DNA from: a virus
Lineage: Duplodnaviria; Caudoviricetes
DNA: 57,603 nt
Reading direction: 5' to 3' (one strand)
Virus record (IMG/VR): IMGVR_UViG_3300032319_001187
Location: 1-57,603 of that record
Position 1 is the stretch's first letter, and every line of letters starts with the position of its first letter. The notes beneath the pieces are model-generated. The model saw nothing but the letters and a program-made list of their open reading frames with translations. It did no database searches and had not been told where the DNA came from. Shown in pieces: positions 51,301 to 57,603 of this stretch. The translations under genes were made by a program, and so were the position numbers.

Positions 51301-51819
51301 TCACAGCGAGGTTACTTCGCCCAAGTAAGCAACCGAGAAAGGCCCGCTTACAATAACCTTGATCACAAGCTTTCCGTCGTTCATTGACAACCGAAGCTCG
51401 GTGAGAAGGGCCCCCGACAAAAGGGAGTTGTCAGAGTCCTTTTTCAGGTTATGCGATGCCGGAACATAGGTAATGGTTTGGCGATTAAAAACAGTTCCAT
51501 TGGCCGGAGCTGTTTGCCCAACGCTGCTCACCGGAATAAGGGCGGGTGAGTTGTCGGCGTTCTTTACGATGAGGCGCATAGAACGAATGTTGACCGTACC
51601 TTGAGCGTCCTCGTATACATCAGCCCAACCGCCATCAGGAAGGGAGTAGTAACCCTCAAAACTAACCGGAGCCGGCGCATCTTGCCCTGGCTCGCCTTGA
51701 TCTCCTTGAACTCCCTGATCCCCCTGGGCGCCGGCAGGACCAGCCGGACCCATAGGACCTTGACCGCAACCAACCAAAGCCATGCTTACCAGAACCATCA
51801 TCAGACTTACGCTTTTCAT
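51301..51819 (-). CDS. Lipoprotein with short collagen-like repeat
   Basis: Lipobox LVGC followed by ~10 Gly-X-Y triplets; AAGGAG RBS. Confidence 0.8.
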   Translation of the reverse strand: MKSVSLMMVLVSMALVGCGQGPMGPAGPAGAQGDQGVQGDQGEPGQDAPAPVSFEGYYSLPDGGWADVYEDAQGTVNIRSMRLIVKNADNSPALIPVSSVGQTAPANGTVFNRQTITYVPASHNLKKDSDNSLLSGALLTELRLSMNDGKLVIKVIVSGPFSVAYLGEVTSL

Positions 51820-51838
51820 TCTTATTCTCCTTAGGTTA

Positions 51839-52198
51839 TTACCTGACTTTTACAGTACACCATTTACCATCAGAAGTAAAGTGAATTTTTTCAATCCCGC
51901 TTTCTTCTAGTGCTTCCATACAGCTTTGACAAGGCAAGCTTAGCCTTGGCATACCGTCCTTCCCTTCACGGTAAATATAAATCTGAGCCCCAACAGCTTC
52001 ATCTTGACATTGGATCAAGGCCGCGATCTCGGCATGAAGATGCTTAAAGGGGTGGGGGGACTCCGGGTGAGTCTTGTAACGATTCCAGCCAACGCCTAAA
52101 ACTCTACTTCCCTTTGTAATTACGGCCCCAAGCCTATGGGTGGGGTGTTCTGAGCGAAAGCTAGCTTTTTTAGCGGCGGCAAGATAACGCTGCCTCAT
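51839..52198 (-). CDS. Zinc-dependent cytidine/deoxycytidylate deaminase-family protein
   Basis: LGAVI, GWN, HAEIAAL, PCQSC. Confidence 0.88.
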   Translation of the reverse strand: MRQRYLAAAKKASFRSEHPTHRLGAVITKGSRVLGVGWNRYKTHPESPHPFKHLHAEIAALIQCQDEAVGAQIYIYREGKDGMPRLSLPCQSCMEALEESGIEKIHFTSDGKWCTVKVR

Positions 52199-52205
52199 AA
52201 TATCC

Positions 52206-52403
52206 TCAACGATTGTTTTCTGATTCCCAAACAGACTCTTCTCGAAAAAGCACGGGGTCTTTTACAACGGGAGGTTTCATTCCAGCCCGCTCGAGAGCCG
52301 CAAGTACCCGCTCAGCATCGTCCAGGTCAATGGTGCGATAAAGCGGGTGCAACACGTCGTTAACAACCTCCATAATTAATTCAACTGCTTGACTTCTTTT
52401 CAT
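52206..52403 (-). CDS. Hypothetical protein
   Basis: 65 aa; LERAGMKPP motif. Confidence 0.6.
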   Translation of the reverse strand: MKRSQAVELIMEVVNDVLHPLYRTIDLDDAERVLAALERAGMKPPVVKDPVLFREESVWESENNR

Positions 52404-53031
52404 AGTTATTTTCCTTGTTTTTTTTGTTTTGTCTTTCTTGCCCTTCAGCTTTTAATATTTTAATTAACTTAGCAATTTGATTGTCCCAAGCAACGTCCTT
52501 AGCAGCGACCCAAGCAGCGTCCCTAGCAGCGGCCCCAGCAGCGTCCCTAGCAGCGGCCCTAGCAGCGACCCAAGCAGCGACCCAAGCAACGTCCTTAGCA
52601 GCGGCCCCAGCATCGGCTTTAGCAGCGGCCCCAGCAGCGATCCCAGCAACGTCCCAAGCAGCGTCCCTAGCAGCGTCCCCAGCAGCGTCCCTAGCAGCGG
52701 CCAGTTCTTCTTTTGTAGCTGAACCATTTACAAATCTTTCAGCAACATCCAAAGCATTGATACTTCTTTGATCGTTCATTAAGTACTGAACTTGTCTTGC
52801 GCACCAAACAGCAAACAGACGCAGTGTACGTTCGTTTGTTATTTCATCCCGACATACCACCCACAGTCTATCCTTTGCTGGAATTTGTTTGTTTTCAAGA
52901 ATATCTATAGCCGTGCCGCGCCAACTTTCTTTCAAATATCTTGACGGGTTATAACAAGGCTGCCAGTCGCGAATATCATAGATGCCAAAGTATCTTAAGC
53001 CGGATTTTTTACCAATTTTTAGTTTCTTCAT
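52381..53031 (-). CDS. Phage protein with RLFAVWCAR domain (Imm-5-like) and Ala-rich tetrapeptide repeats
   Basis: LRLFAVWCARQV...AERF..G.AT.EELAAAR, then AARD/AAWD/AAGA repeats. Confidence 0.7.
   Translation of the reverse strand: MKKLKIGKKSGLRYFGIYDIRDWQPCYNPSRYLKESWRGTAIDILENKQIPAKDRLWVVCRDEITNERTLRLFAVWCARQVQYLMNDQRSINALDVAERFVNGSATKEELAAARDAAGDAARDAAWDVAGIAAGAAAKADAGAAAKDVAWVAAWVAARAAARDAAGAAARDAAWVAAKDVAWDNQIAKLIKILKAEGQERQNKKNKENNYEKKSSS
52486..52701 (-). repeat. Degenerate 12-bp tandem repeat encoding A-A-(R/W/G/K)-(D/A/V)
   Basis: Recurring AGCAGCGTCCCT / AGCAGCGGCCCC / AGCAGCGACCCA units. Confidence 0.85.
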
Positions 53032-53247
53032 TTATTTCTCCAAAGCATCAACCATATCTTGTAAAGATGCAATCAGAATCTTTGCTTGGTTTACAGTTAG
53101 GCACGAGCCAACGGTTGTATACTTAACCTCGCTGTTTTCGTACCCTTTGCGCTCAACAAACAGCCAAAGCTTTTTATCGCCACTGTTACCTGATTCGGTC
53201 ACTCGAACGCCGTTATCGTAAATGTCTGTAAATTCGTACCGCCTCAT
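53032..53247 (-). CDS. Hypothetical protein
   Basis: Start reassigned to ATG 53247 after GGAGG. Confidence 0.6.
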   Translation of the reverse strand: MRRYEFTDIYDNGVRVTESGNSGDKKLWLFVERKGYENSEVKYTTVGSCLTVNQAKILIASLQDMVDALEK

Positions 53248-53257
53248 ACAACCTCCA

Positions 53258-53461
53258 TTAATCGCAATTAGAATACCGGCGAAGCTCAGCTCGAAACGTA
53301 TCGTCTTTTTCCTCTCGGCTGACAACTTGAGTCGAGTAACCAGCGGGAAGGTATTCCCGAAGGTATCTTTCAATCGCAGCGTCCAAGCCTTCTTTGCTTT
53401 CTGCCACAATTACCGTCGTTGTAAACGTTGAGCCTCTGTTTTCTTTTACTTCAGTCTTCAT
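53258..53461 (-). CDS. Hypothetical protein, probably leaderless
   Basis: 67 aa; promoter -10 lies 6 nt before the ATG. Confidence 0.6.
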   Translation of the reverse strand: MKTEVKENRGSTFTTTVIVAESKEGLDAAIERYLREYLPAGYSTQVVSREEKDDTFRAELRRYSNCD

Positions 53462-53467
53462 ATAACT

Positions 53468-53496
53468 AGATTACTTTGGTCACCTTTCTCTGTCAA
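53468..53496 (-). promoter_or_regulatory. Sigma70-like promoter TTGACA-17-TAATCT
   Basis: Perfect -35 and 17-nt spacer. Confidence 0.7.
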
Positions 53497-54125
53497 GATA
53501 AATTTATAACAACCGCTTTTCTTCCTGCGTTTCTATAATTCTCATTTAAAATCGATACGTTACATACAATGCCATAGCCAATATCTACCGTTCCCCTGCC
53601 CTCATGGATATGGCCGCAGATAGTAACGTGAGGTTGCACCCTATCCATAGCCTCAAGTAACGCTGTACTTCCTAAGCTAACAGGAGGCACTTGACAAACA
53701 TCCAAATAACCGTTAGGCGGTCCATGGGTGATCAGGACGTTCAGCTTGTCGGGAATCCCAGCAAATCTTCTAGCTAAACCCGCCTCGGTGTCCATGAATG
53801 CCCAATTTAAGAAGATAGGAGTCCATGGCGTTCCATAGAAAGTTTTGCCGTCAATTGTAACGCTCTCATCGATTAGCAAAGTAGCCCCAACTGCCGCAAG
53901 CTCTTCCCTGGCCAGTACAGGATTAGCTTCAACCCACTTGTCGTGGTTACCTGGGACAATCAAGGTACGCTTAAACTTAGGGGTAACTGTGTTAAGCCAG
54001 CCAAGAAAGTCTAGCATCTCACGATAGTTTCCAGCCCCAAGAAAGTCTCCCGCATGGATAAGAACATCCCCATCAGGGAGGTCTGGCTTATAGCCGTGAG
54101 TGTCGCTAATCGCTACTATCTTCAT
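53493..54125 (-). CDS. Calcineurin-like metallophosphoesterase
   Basis: SDTH, HAGD, PGNHD, THGPP, CGHIHE; start reassigned to MKIVAISD. Confidence 0.92.
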   Translation of the reverse strand: MKIVAISDTHGYKPDLPDGDVLIHAGDFLGAGNYREMLDFLGWLNTVTPKFKRTLIVPGNHDKWVEANPVLAREELAAVGATLLIDESVTIDGKTFYGTPWTPIFLNWAFMDTEAGLARRFAGIPDKLNVLITHGPPNGYLDVCQVPPVSLGSTALLEAMDRVQPHVTICGHIHEGRGTVDIGYGIVCNVSILNENYRNAGRKAVVINLS

Positions 54126-54357
54126 TCGGAAACCTCGGCAAAATAATGTTCCTCTCGTTTTGTTTGGTAACGTCGTGGCACGAAAGCTTTGATTTTCTTC
54201 CCTGAACGCAACCATACATAAACACGTTCAAGCCATAAAAGTCTGTAGCCTCTTCTATGGCCTCAAGCCTTTTTGTTGCCTGGTCGCTAATGACCGTGAC
54301 GCCAATCAGGAATCCAATAACTGTACCCGATAAGGTATAAAGAACGCCCTTAATCAC
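54106..54357 (-). CDS. Hypothetical membrane protein
   Basis: 83 aa, N-terminal TM. Confidence 0.5.
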   Translation of the reverse strand: MIKGVLYTLSGTVIGFLIGVTVISDQATKRLEAIEEATDFYGLNVFMYGCVQGRKSKLSCHDVTKQNERNIILPRFPNEDSSD

Positions 54358-54568
54358 GTTTTTGTACCCGCTTGGGTATAGATTTAGCCTTCTTCTTTGG
54401 CTTTGACTTTAAAGCGTCAAGCTCATCTCGAAGAGCACGATTTAGATCTGCTACCATCTCTTGCTCAGACAAATTGTACCGTAGAGCCTTGTTCGCAGAA
54501 TCAAGCGCTTCTTTAGTTTCTTCAAGCTCTTTTAGAACCTTTAGGTATTTTGATTTTAAAACTAGCAT
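54350..54568 (-). CDS. Hypothetical coiled-coil protein
   Basis: AAGGAG RBS before ATG 54568; the upstream GL-repeat extension in the ORF track is an artefact of the repeat. Confidence 0.65.
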   Translation of the reverse strand: MLVLKSKYLKVLKELEETKEALDSANKALRYNLSEQEMVADLNRALRDELDALKSKPKKKAKSIPKRVQKRD

Positions 54569-54578
54569 AATATCTCCT

Positions 54579-54794
54579 TTAATTAGACCCAGACCTAGAC
54601 CAAGACCTAGACCAAGACCTAGACCAAGACCGAGACCCAGACCTAGACCAAGACCAAGACCCAGACCTAGACAAAGACCTAGACAAAGACCCAGAACCAG
54701 ACCCAGACCCAGACCTAGACCTAGACCTAGACCGAGACCTAGACCTAGACCGAGACCCAGACCCAAACCATTTTTGTTTTAAACTTCGTTTCAT
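54579..54794 (-). CDS. Ser-(Arg/Gly/Trp) dipeptide-repeat peptide, copy 2
   Basis: MKRSLKQKW followed by (TCT NGG)n; ATGA coupling. Confidence 0.55.
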   Translation of the reverse strand: MKRSLKQKWFGSGSRSRSRSRSRSRSRSGSGSGSGSLSRSLSRSGSWSWSRSGSRSWSRSWSRSWSRSGSN

Positions 54795-54984
54795 GATTTA
54801 TTTGTTTCACAAAAAGATTCAATAGACCTAGACCAAGACCTAGACCAAGACCAAGACCCAGACCCAGACCTAGACAAAGACCTAGACAAAGACCCAGAAC
54901 CAGACCCAGACCCAGACCAAGACCAAGACCCAGACCAAGACCAAGACCTAGACAAAGACCCAGAACCAGACCCAGACCCAGACC
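54585..54984. repeat. Two tracts of AGACCN hexamer repeats within a 215-bp-period tandem duplication
   Basis: Identical 62-bp segments at 54767-54828 and 54982-55043, each adjoining a hexamer tract. Confidence 0.92.
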
Positions 54985-55009
54985 ATTTTTGTTTTAAACT
55001 TCGTTTCAT
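54791..55009 (-). CDS. Ser-(Arg/Gly/Trp) dipeptide-repeat peptide, copy 1 (chimeric end SIESFCETNKS)
   Basis: Same N-terminus as copy 2; C-terminus duplicated from the upstream gene. Confidence 0.55.
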   Translation of the reverse strand: MKRSLKQKWSGSGSGSGSLSRSWSWSGSWSWSGSGSGSGSLSRSLSRSGSGSWSWSRSWSRSIESFCETNKS

Positions 55010-55275
55010 GATTTATTTGTTTCACAAAAAGATTCAATAGACCCAGTTTGAACATATAAAGAATGTGGTAACTTTTGAACATCTTTAAATGATTTCGATT
55101 CAAAAGCACCTGTCTCATAAACAATACTTGCATCCTCTAAAAGAACACAAGTTTGATTAACTCCAGATAGGGTACCGCTGTAAATGTAATTCATACAGAA
55201 CAACATTACTTTCTTACCCATAAGAGCAATTAATCCTTCGCCTTCAACTTCGGTCACAGTTACAATTTTCTTCAT
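55006..55275 (-). CDS. Small Sm/LSm-like beta-barrel phage protein
   Basis: LMGKKVMLFCMNYIYSGTLSGVN...VLLEDA.IVYETG; AAGGA RBS. Confidence 0.6.
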   Translation of the reverse strand: MKKIVTVTEVEGEGLIALMGKKVMLFCMNYIYSGTLSGVNQTCVLLEDASIVYETGAFESKSFKDVQKLPHSLYVQTGSIESFCETNKS

Positions 55276-55296
55276 TTTATTTTTCCTTTTTTTGTT

Positions 55297-55328
55297 AAAA
55301 AAGAAGAGAGCCGTCCCTTGCTCTCTTC
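55297..55328 (-). terminator. Rho-independent terminator after DUF932
   Basis: GAAGAGAGC-loop-GCTCTCTTC-T6 on the minus strand. Confidence 0.8.
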
Positions 55329-55338
55329 AATCTATTAT

Positions 55339-56301
55339 TTAAGCTATAGCAAGCTCCATTGCTGCGTCAAGGGCTTTTTTGTTCAGGGCTGCACCCTGAC
55401 CAAACCACAGATTATCCAACCGAGTATCTTCTTCACGTCCGCGATTATATTGAAGATATTCAGAAATTGCGTTGTAGGCCGCCCAGTAAGTACCGCGAAT
55501 CTCAGGCATATCGTTGCCACGACCCTTCTCAAAGAGAGGTTGAATCTCATTGATCAGGCGCTTGCCAGAGATAGCCACTACACCAGCCAGGTCTTCAGCC
55601 TTGCCAAGCTTTTCCTTACCAAACACCAACTTGACGTACTTCTCGAGGTCTTGCTGGTTGATCTCCTTGCTTGCCAGGAGCCGATATTGCTGCGCCGTAG
55701 CTTCAAACTCAGAATCGGCAAGGTTCATCACGTTACGGATCTCCTCCAGATTTGACACCACGTTGCGAGTGTGGCGAACGCGGATCAGCTTGGAAGCAGC
55801 CGAGTTATGAGCCAGTTGCATTGTGTTGTTGCAAACTACGCGAATCGGGGTAAAGCCCACGCGAACAGCAAGGGTACCGTCGTGGCTATTTGATAGAAGA
55901 ACGTACTTGTTCACAATGTCATTGCCTTTAACAACCATAGGGTCACGGTTGATCTTGGCGAGGACGAATACTCGTTTACCTTGACGCAGGCTTCCAGCCG
56001 TCTCAATGGTAGCTTCGCCAGTCTCAATGAATGGGGCAAAGAACGAGAAAGCGTTCTGATTTTGAAGGGGCTCGTAATTAGGGCCAACAACGCCCAGAAT
56101 GCTTTGGTCAGAGCTACGACGAGTAAGCTTTGCTTCCAGGGTTTCACCAGCGCCACTGAACACGGGTTCAGTAGTCACTTGCCAGTTAAGACCAGCAGCG
56201 ACGATAGCGTCGTCAAGGCTGGGCGCCGTTACAAAGCGGTGGCCAAGCTTGTGCCAAGGGACATCTCCAACATACATCATTTGTTCGACTTCGTGGGCCA
56301 T
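55339..56301 (-). CDS. DUF932 family protein (phage/plasmid-like, TIGR03299-type)
   Basis: PWHKLG, YEPLQN, ETAGSL..G.RVF, NSHDGT, TPIRVVCNNT, RHT, WAAYNA.SEY. Confidence 0.9.
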   Translation of the reverse strand: MAHEVEQMMYVGDVPWHKLGHRFVTAPSLDDAIVAAGLNWQVTTEPVFSGAGETLEAKLTRRSSDQSILGVVGPNYEPLQNQNAFSFFAPFIETGEATIETAGSLRQGKRVFVLAKINRDPMVVKGNDIVNKYVLLSNSHDGTLAVRVGFTPIRVVCNNTMQLAHNSAASKLIRVRHTRNVVSNLEEIRNVMNLADSEFEATAQQYRLLASKEINQQDLEKYVKLVFGKEKLGKAEDLAGVVAISGKRLINEIQPLFEKGRGNDMPEIRGTYWAAYNAISEYLQYNRGREEDTRLDNLWFGQGAALNKKALDAAMELAIA

Positions 56302-56331
56302 TTTGTACCTCCTATTGTTAAGTACAAAAAT

Positions 56332-56360
56332 AGGATAACAGGCCCCAAAACGAATGTCAA
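56332..56360 (-). promoter_or_regulatory. Sigma70-like promoter TTGACA-17-TATCCT with extended -10
   Basis: Upstream of DUF932. Confidence 0.7.
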
Positions 56361-56406
56361 AACTTATTTTTGGCTCAGCTTGAATATAAACGAGCTAATC
56401 AGATTT

Positions 56407-56658
56407 CTACCACTGAATAGAGATAAAAATACTCGGAGCAAGGTAATTGGAGTCTATTGAGGTTGTATAACCAAGCTCATTTAGTTTTGACTTGATTTCT
56501 TCCGCCCTTTTGTTATGGCGAGAGGAAAGGAGGGTGTGGGTATTAGTAAATCCAAGCTTAGAAATGCTTTCAATGTGCTCGAGCACTCCCTTAAGCGTCT
56601 GTGGGTCCCTTGCCTTGCGGCTGATCTTAGCTGCTTCTTTTGCGGTTAAAACTTTCAT
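56407..56658 (-). CDS. Hypothetical phage protein
   Basis: LTAKEA...I.....LG...L.ELGY...ISIQW pattern; AGGAG RBS. Confidence 0.65.
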   Translation of the reverse strand: MKVLTAKEAAKISRKARDPQTLKGVLEHIESISKLGFTNTHTLLSSRHNKRAEEIKSKLNELGYTTSIDSNYLAPSIFISIQW

Positions 56659-56819
56659 GACACTGCTCCTAAAATGGTACGAATAAGCTTTAGCACAGCC
56701 TGAATCTCATCGTGTGCCAAATACCCAATTGCCACCCCAATTGTTAGCGGGGCTTTTGATACGATTACACCAATACCGTCTTTAACTTTGCTCAGTAGAG
56801 CCAGTAGTTTTTCCTTCAT
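56655..56819 (-). CDS. Small membrane protein
   Basis: AAGGAG RBS before ATG 56819; hydrophobic core. Confidence 0.55.
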   Translation of the reverse strand: MKEKLLALLSKVKDGIGVIVSKAPLTIGVAIGYLAHDEIQAVLKLIRTILGAVS

Positions 56820-57063
56820 TGTCTTTCTCCTTTTCAATATATTCTATCAGCTTTGGGGCCAGGTAAATAGCCATGGCTACGAAAGAGCCGTCATCATAAT
56901 GCCAATAGGTGGGGCTATTTCTATCGTGCTTTGATAGCGACGGCCTGGGCTTTTTCATGTCAACATAAAATGGGATGTTGGCTCCAAATTCCCAATGAGA
57001 AGTGTCAACTTTACCCATTAATTCTTTAAATTTCTCAATAGCTTCTTGTAGTTTTTTATCCAT
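56782..57063 (-). CDS. Hypothetical protein
   Basis: 93 aa, within the operon. Confidence 0.55.
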   Translation of the reverse strand: MDKKLQEAIEKFKELMGKVDTSHWEFGANIPFYVDMKKPRPSLSKHDRNSPTYWHYDDGSFVAMAIYLAPKLIEYIEKEKDNEGKTTGSTEQS

Positions 57064-57065
57064 AA

Positions 57066-57275
57066 TTATTCTTCTTTTCCAAACAGCTTTTGCGGCTCAA
57101 CCCATTCCTTTAGGCTAAGCTCGAGCTTCACGATCCCGCACTGCTTCCAGCAAGATCTTTTCTCCTTAAGCTCCTCAACGGAAGAATAAAGAGGCATAGA
57201 ACCCTCGAGGTCAAAGGCTTCGCCAATTTCATGCTGCCAATCAACGCCACATGAATAGAGGGTTATTGTTTTCAT
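57066..57275 (-). CDS. Hypothetical phage protein
   Basis: CGVDWQHEIGEA...YSSVEELK...C..CGIV; GGAG RBS. Confidence 0.65.
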   Translation of the reverse strand: MKTITLYSCGVDWQHEIGEAFDLEGSMPLYSSVEELKEKRSCWKQCGIVKLELSLKEWVEPQKLFGKEE

Positions 57276-57287
57276 ATATTCTCCAAT

Positions 57288-57509
57288 TTAAAATTCATCT
57301 TTCTCACCTTCTTCTACCTCTTTGTCGTAGCGTTGTTTGGTTAAGAAAAACATTATTGTTGCGGCTACAACCCAAACTATAACGTACACGGTAACATTTT
57401 TTCTACCAGCTTGAAGCTTATCTGTTATGTCGTAGCCAGCATGGGCTAAAAATATGTAACAAGCCGCATAGAATAAGTCTAGTAATAGTCTAACCAAATG
57501 TTCTTTCAT
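57288..57509 (-). CDS. Two-TM membrane protein
   Basis: 73 aa, two hydrophobic segments. Confidence 0.55.
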   Translation of the reverse strand: MKEHLVRLLLDLFYAACYIFLAHAGYDITDKLQAGRKNVTVYVIVWVVAATIMFFLTKQRYDKEVEEGEKDEF

Positions 57510-57589
57510 TTTTTATCAACCATAAGAACGATTGCAGTTAAAACCGCCCCAACAACTACAGCAAATAAATAAAAGCTAGTTAATGTCAT
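57506..57589 (-). CDS. 27-aa hydrophobic peptide
   Basis: Read manually (MTLTSFYLFAVVVGAVLTAIVLMVDKK); GGAGG RBS; ATGA overlap. Confidence 0.45.
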   Translation of the reverse strand: MTLTSFYLFAVVVGAVLTAIVLMVDKK

Positions 57590-57603
57590 TTTCCCTCCAG
57601 CGC

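Noticed and set aside
52464-52771. Several overlapping repeat ORFs (LLGT, PSSV, AASL frames)
   Set aside because: Shadow frames of the 12-bp repeat within the 52381-53031 gene.
54350-54782. Long Gly-Leu (minus) and Pro-Arg (plus) repeat ORFs in the ORF track
   Set aside because: These are alternative frames of the hexamer repeat lacking an RBS; the downstream gene has its own AAGGAG and ATG at 54568.
54585-54984. Possible CRISPR array or telomere-like repeat
   Set aside because: Units are 6 bp with no unique spacers and no cas genes; they read as coupled Ser-X ORFs.
1-57603. Stop-codon reassignment (alternative genetic code)
   Set aside because: Genes are full length in the standard code, and TAA, TAG and TGA all occur as stops at tight gene junctions.

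Overview
This window is a segment of a large tailed dsDNA bacteriophage with a contractile tail, in the standard genetic code. Left to right it holds: a truncated SF2 helicase; a phage GroEL-like chaperonin; large terminase; portal; a MuF-like head protein interrupted by a LAGLIDADG intein; an M15 peptidase; a prohead protease on the opposite strand; scaffold; and a Herelleviridae-like major capsid protein. Neck genes, tail sheath, tail tube, fibre-like genes and a probable lysis cassette follow. From about 44.6 kb there is an early/accessory region of small genes behind repeated promoter cassettes, including a tRNA-Ile(UAU), pyrophosphatase, deaminase, metallophosphoesterase and DUF932. Four observations stand out. 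(1) A ~9.5-kb block (16.6-26.1 kb) encodes modular polyproteins. Unrelated enzyme-like domains (SAM-lyase-like, several ADP-ribosyltransferase-like, HExxH peptidases, GNAT, Acb1-like 2H phosphoesterase, transglycosylase) are joined by a recurring K(K)MAASE linker and [LIMF]xK-[ASG] motifs that also occur in scaffold, protease and capsid. This suggests protease-released, virion-packaged counter-defence cargo. (2) A phage-encoded mCpol-like (GGDEF/Cas10-palm-related) cyclase gene ends at a dnaX-style -1 frameshift signal. (3) A CAATCTT(T/A)A motif precedes late genes on both strands. (4) A structured ~200-nt non-coding segment lies behind one such motif. All family calls come from motif recognition by eye; no database search was run.
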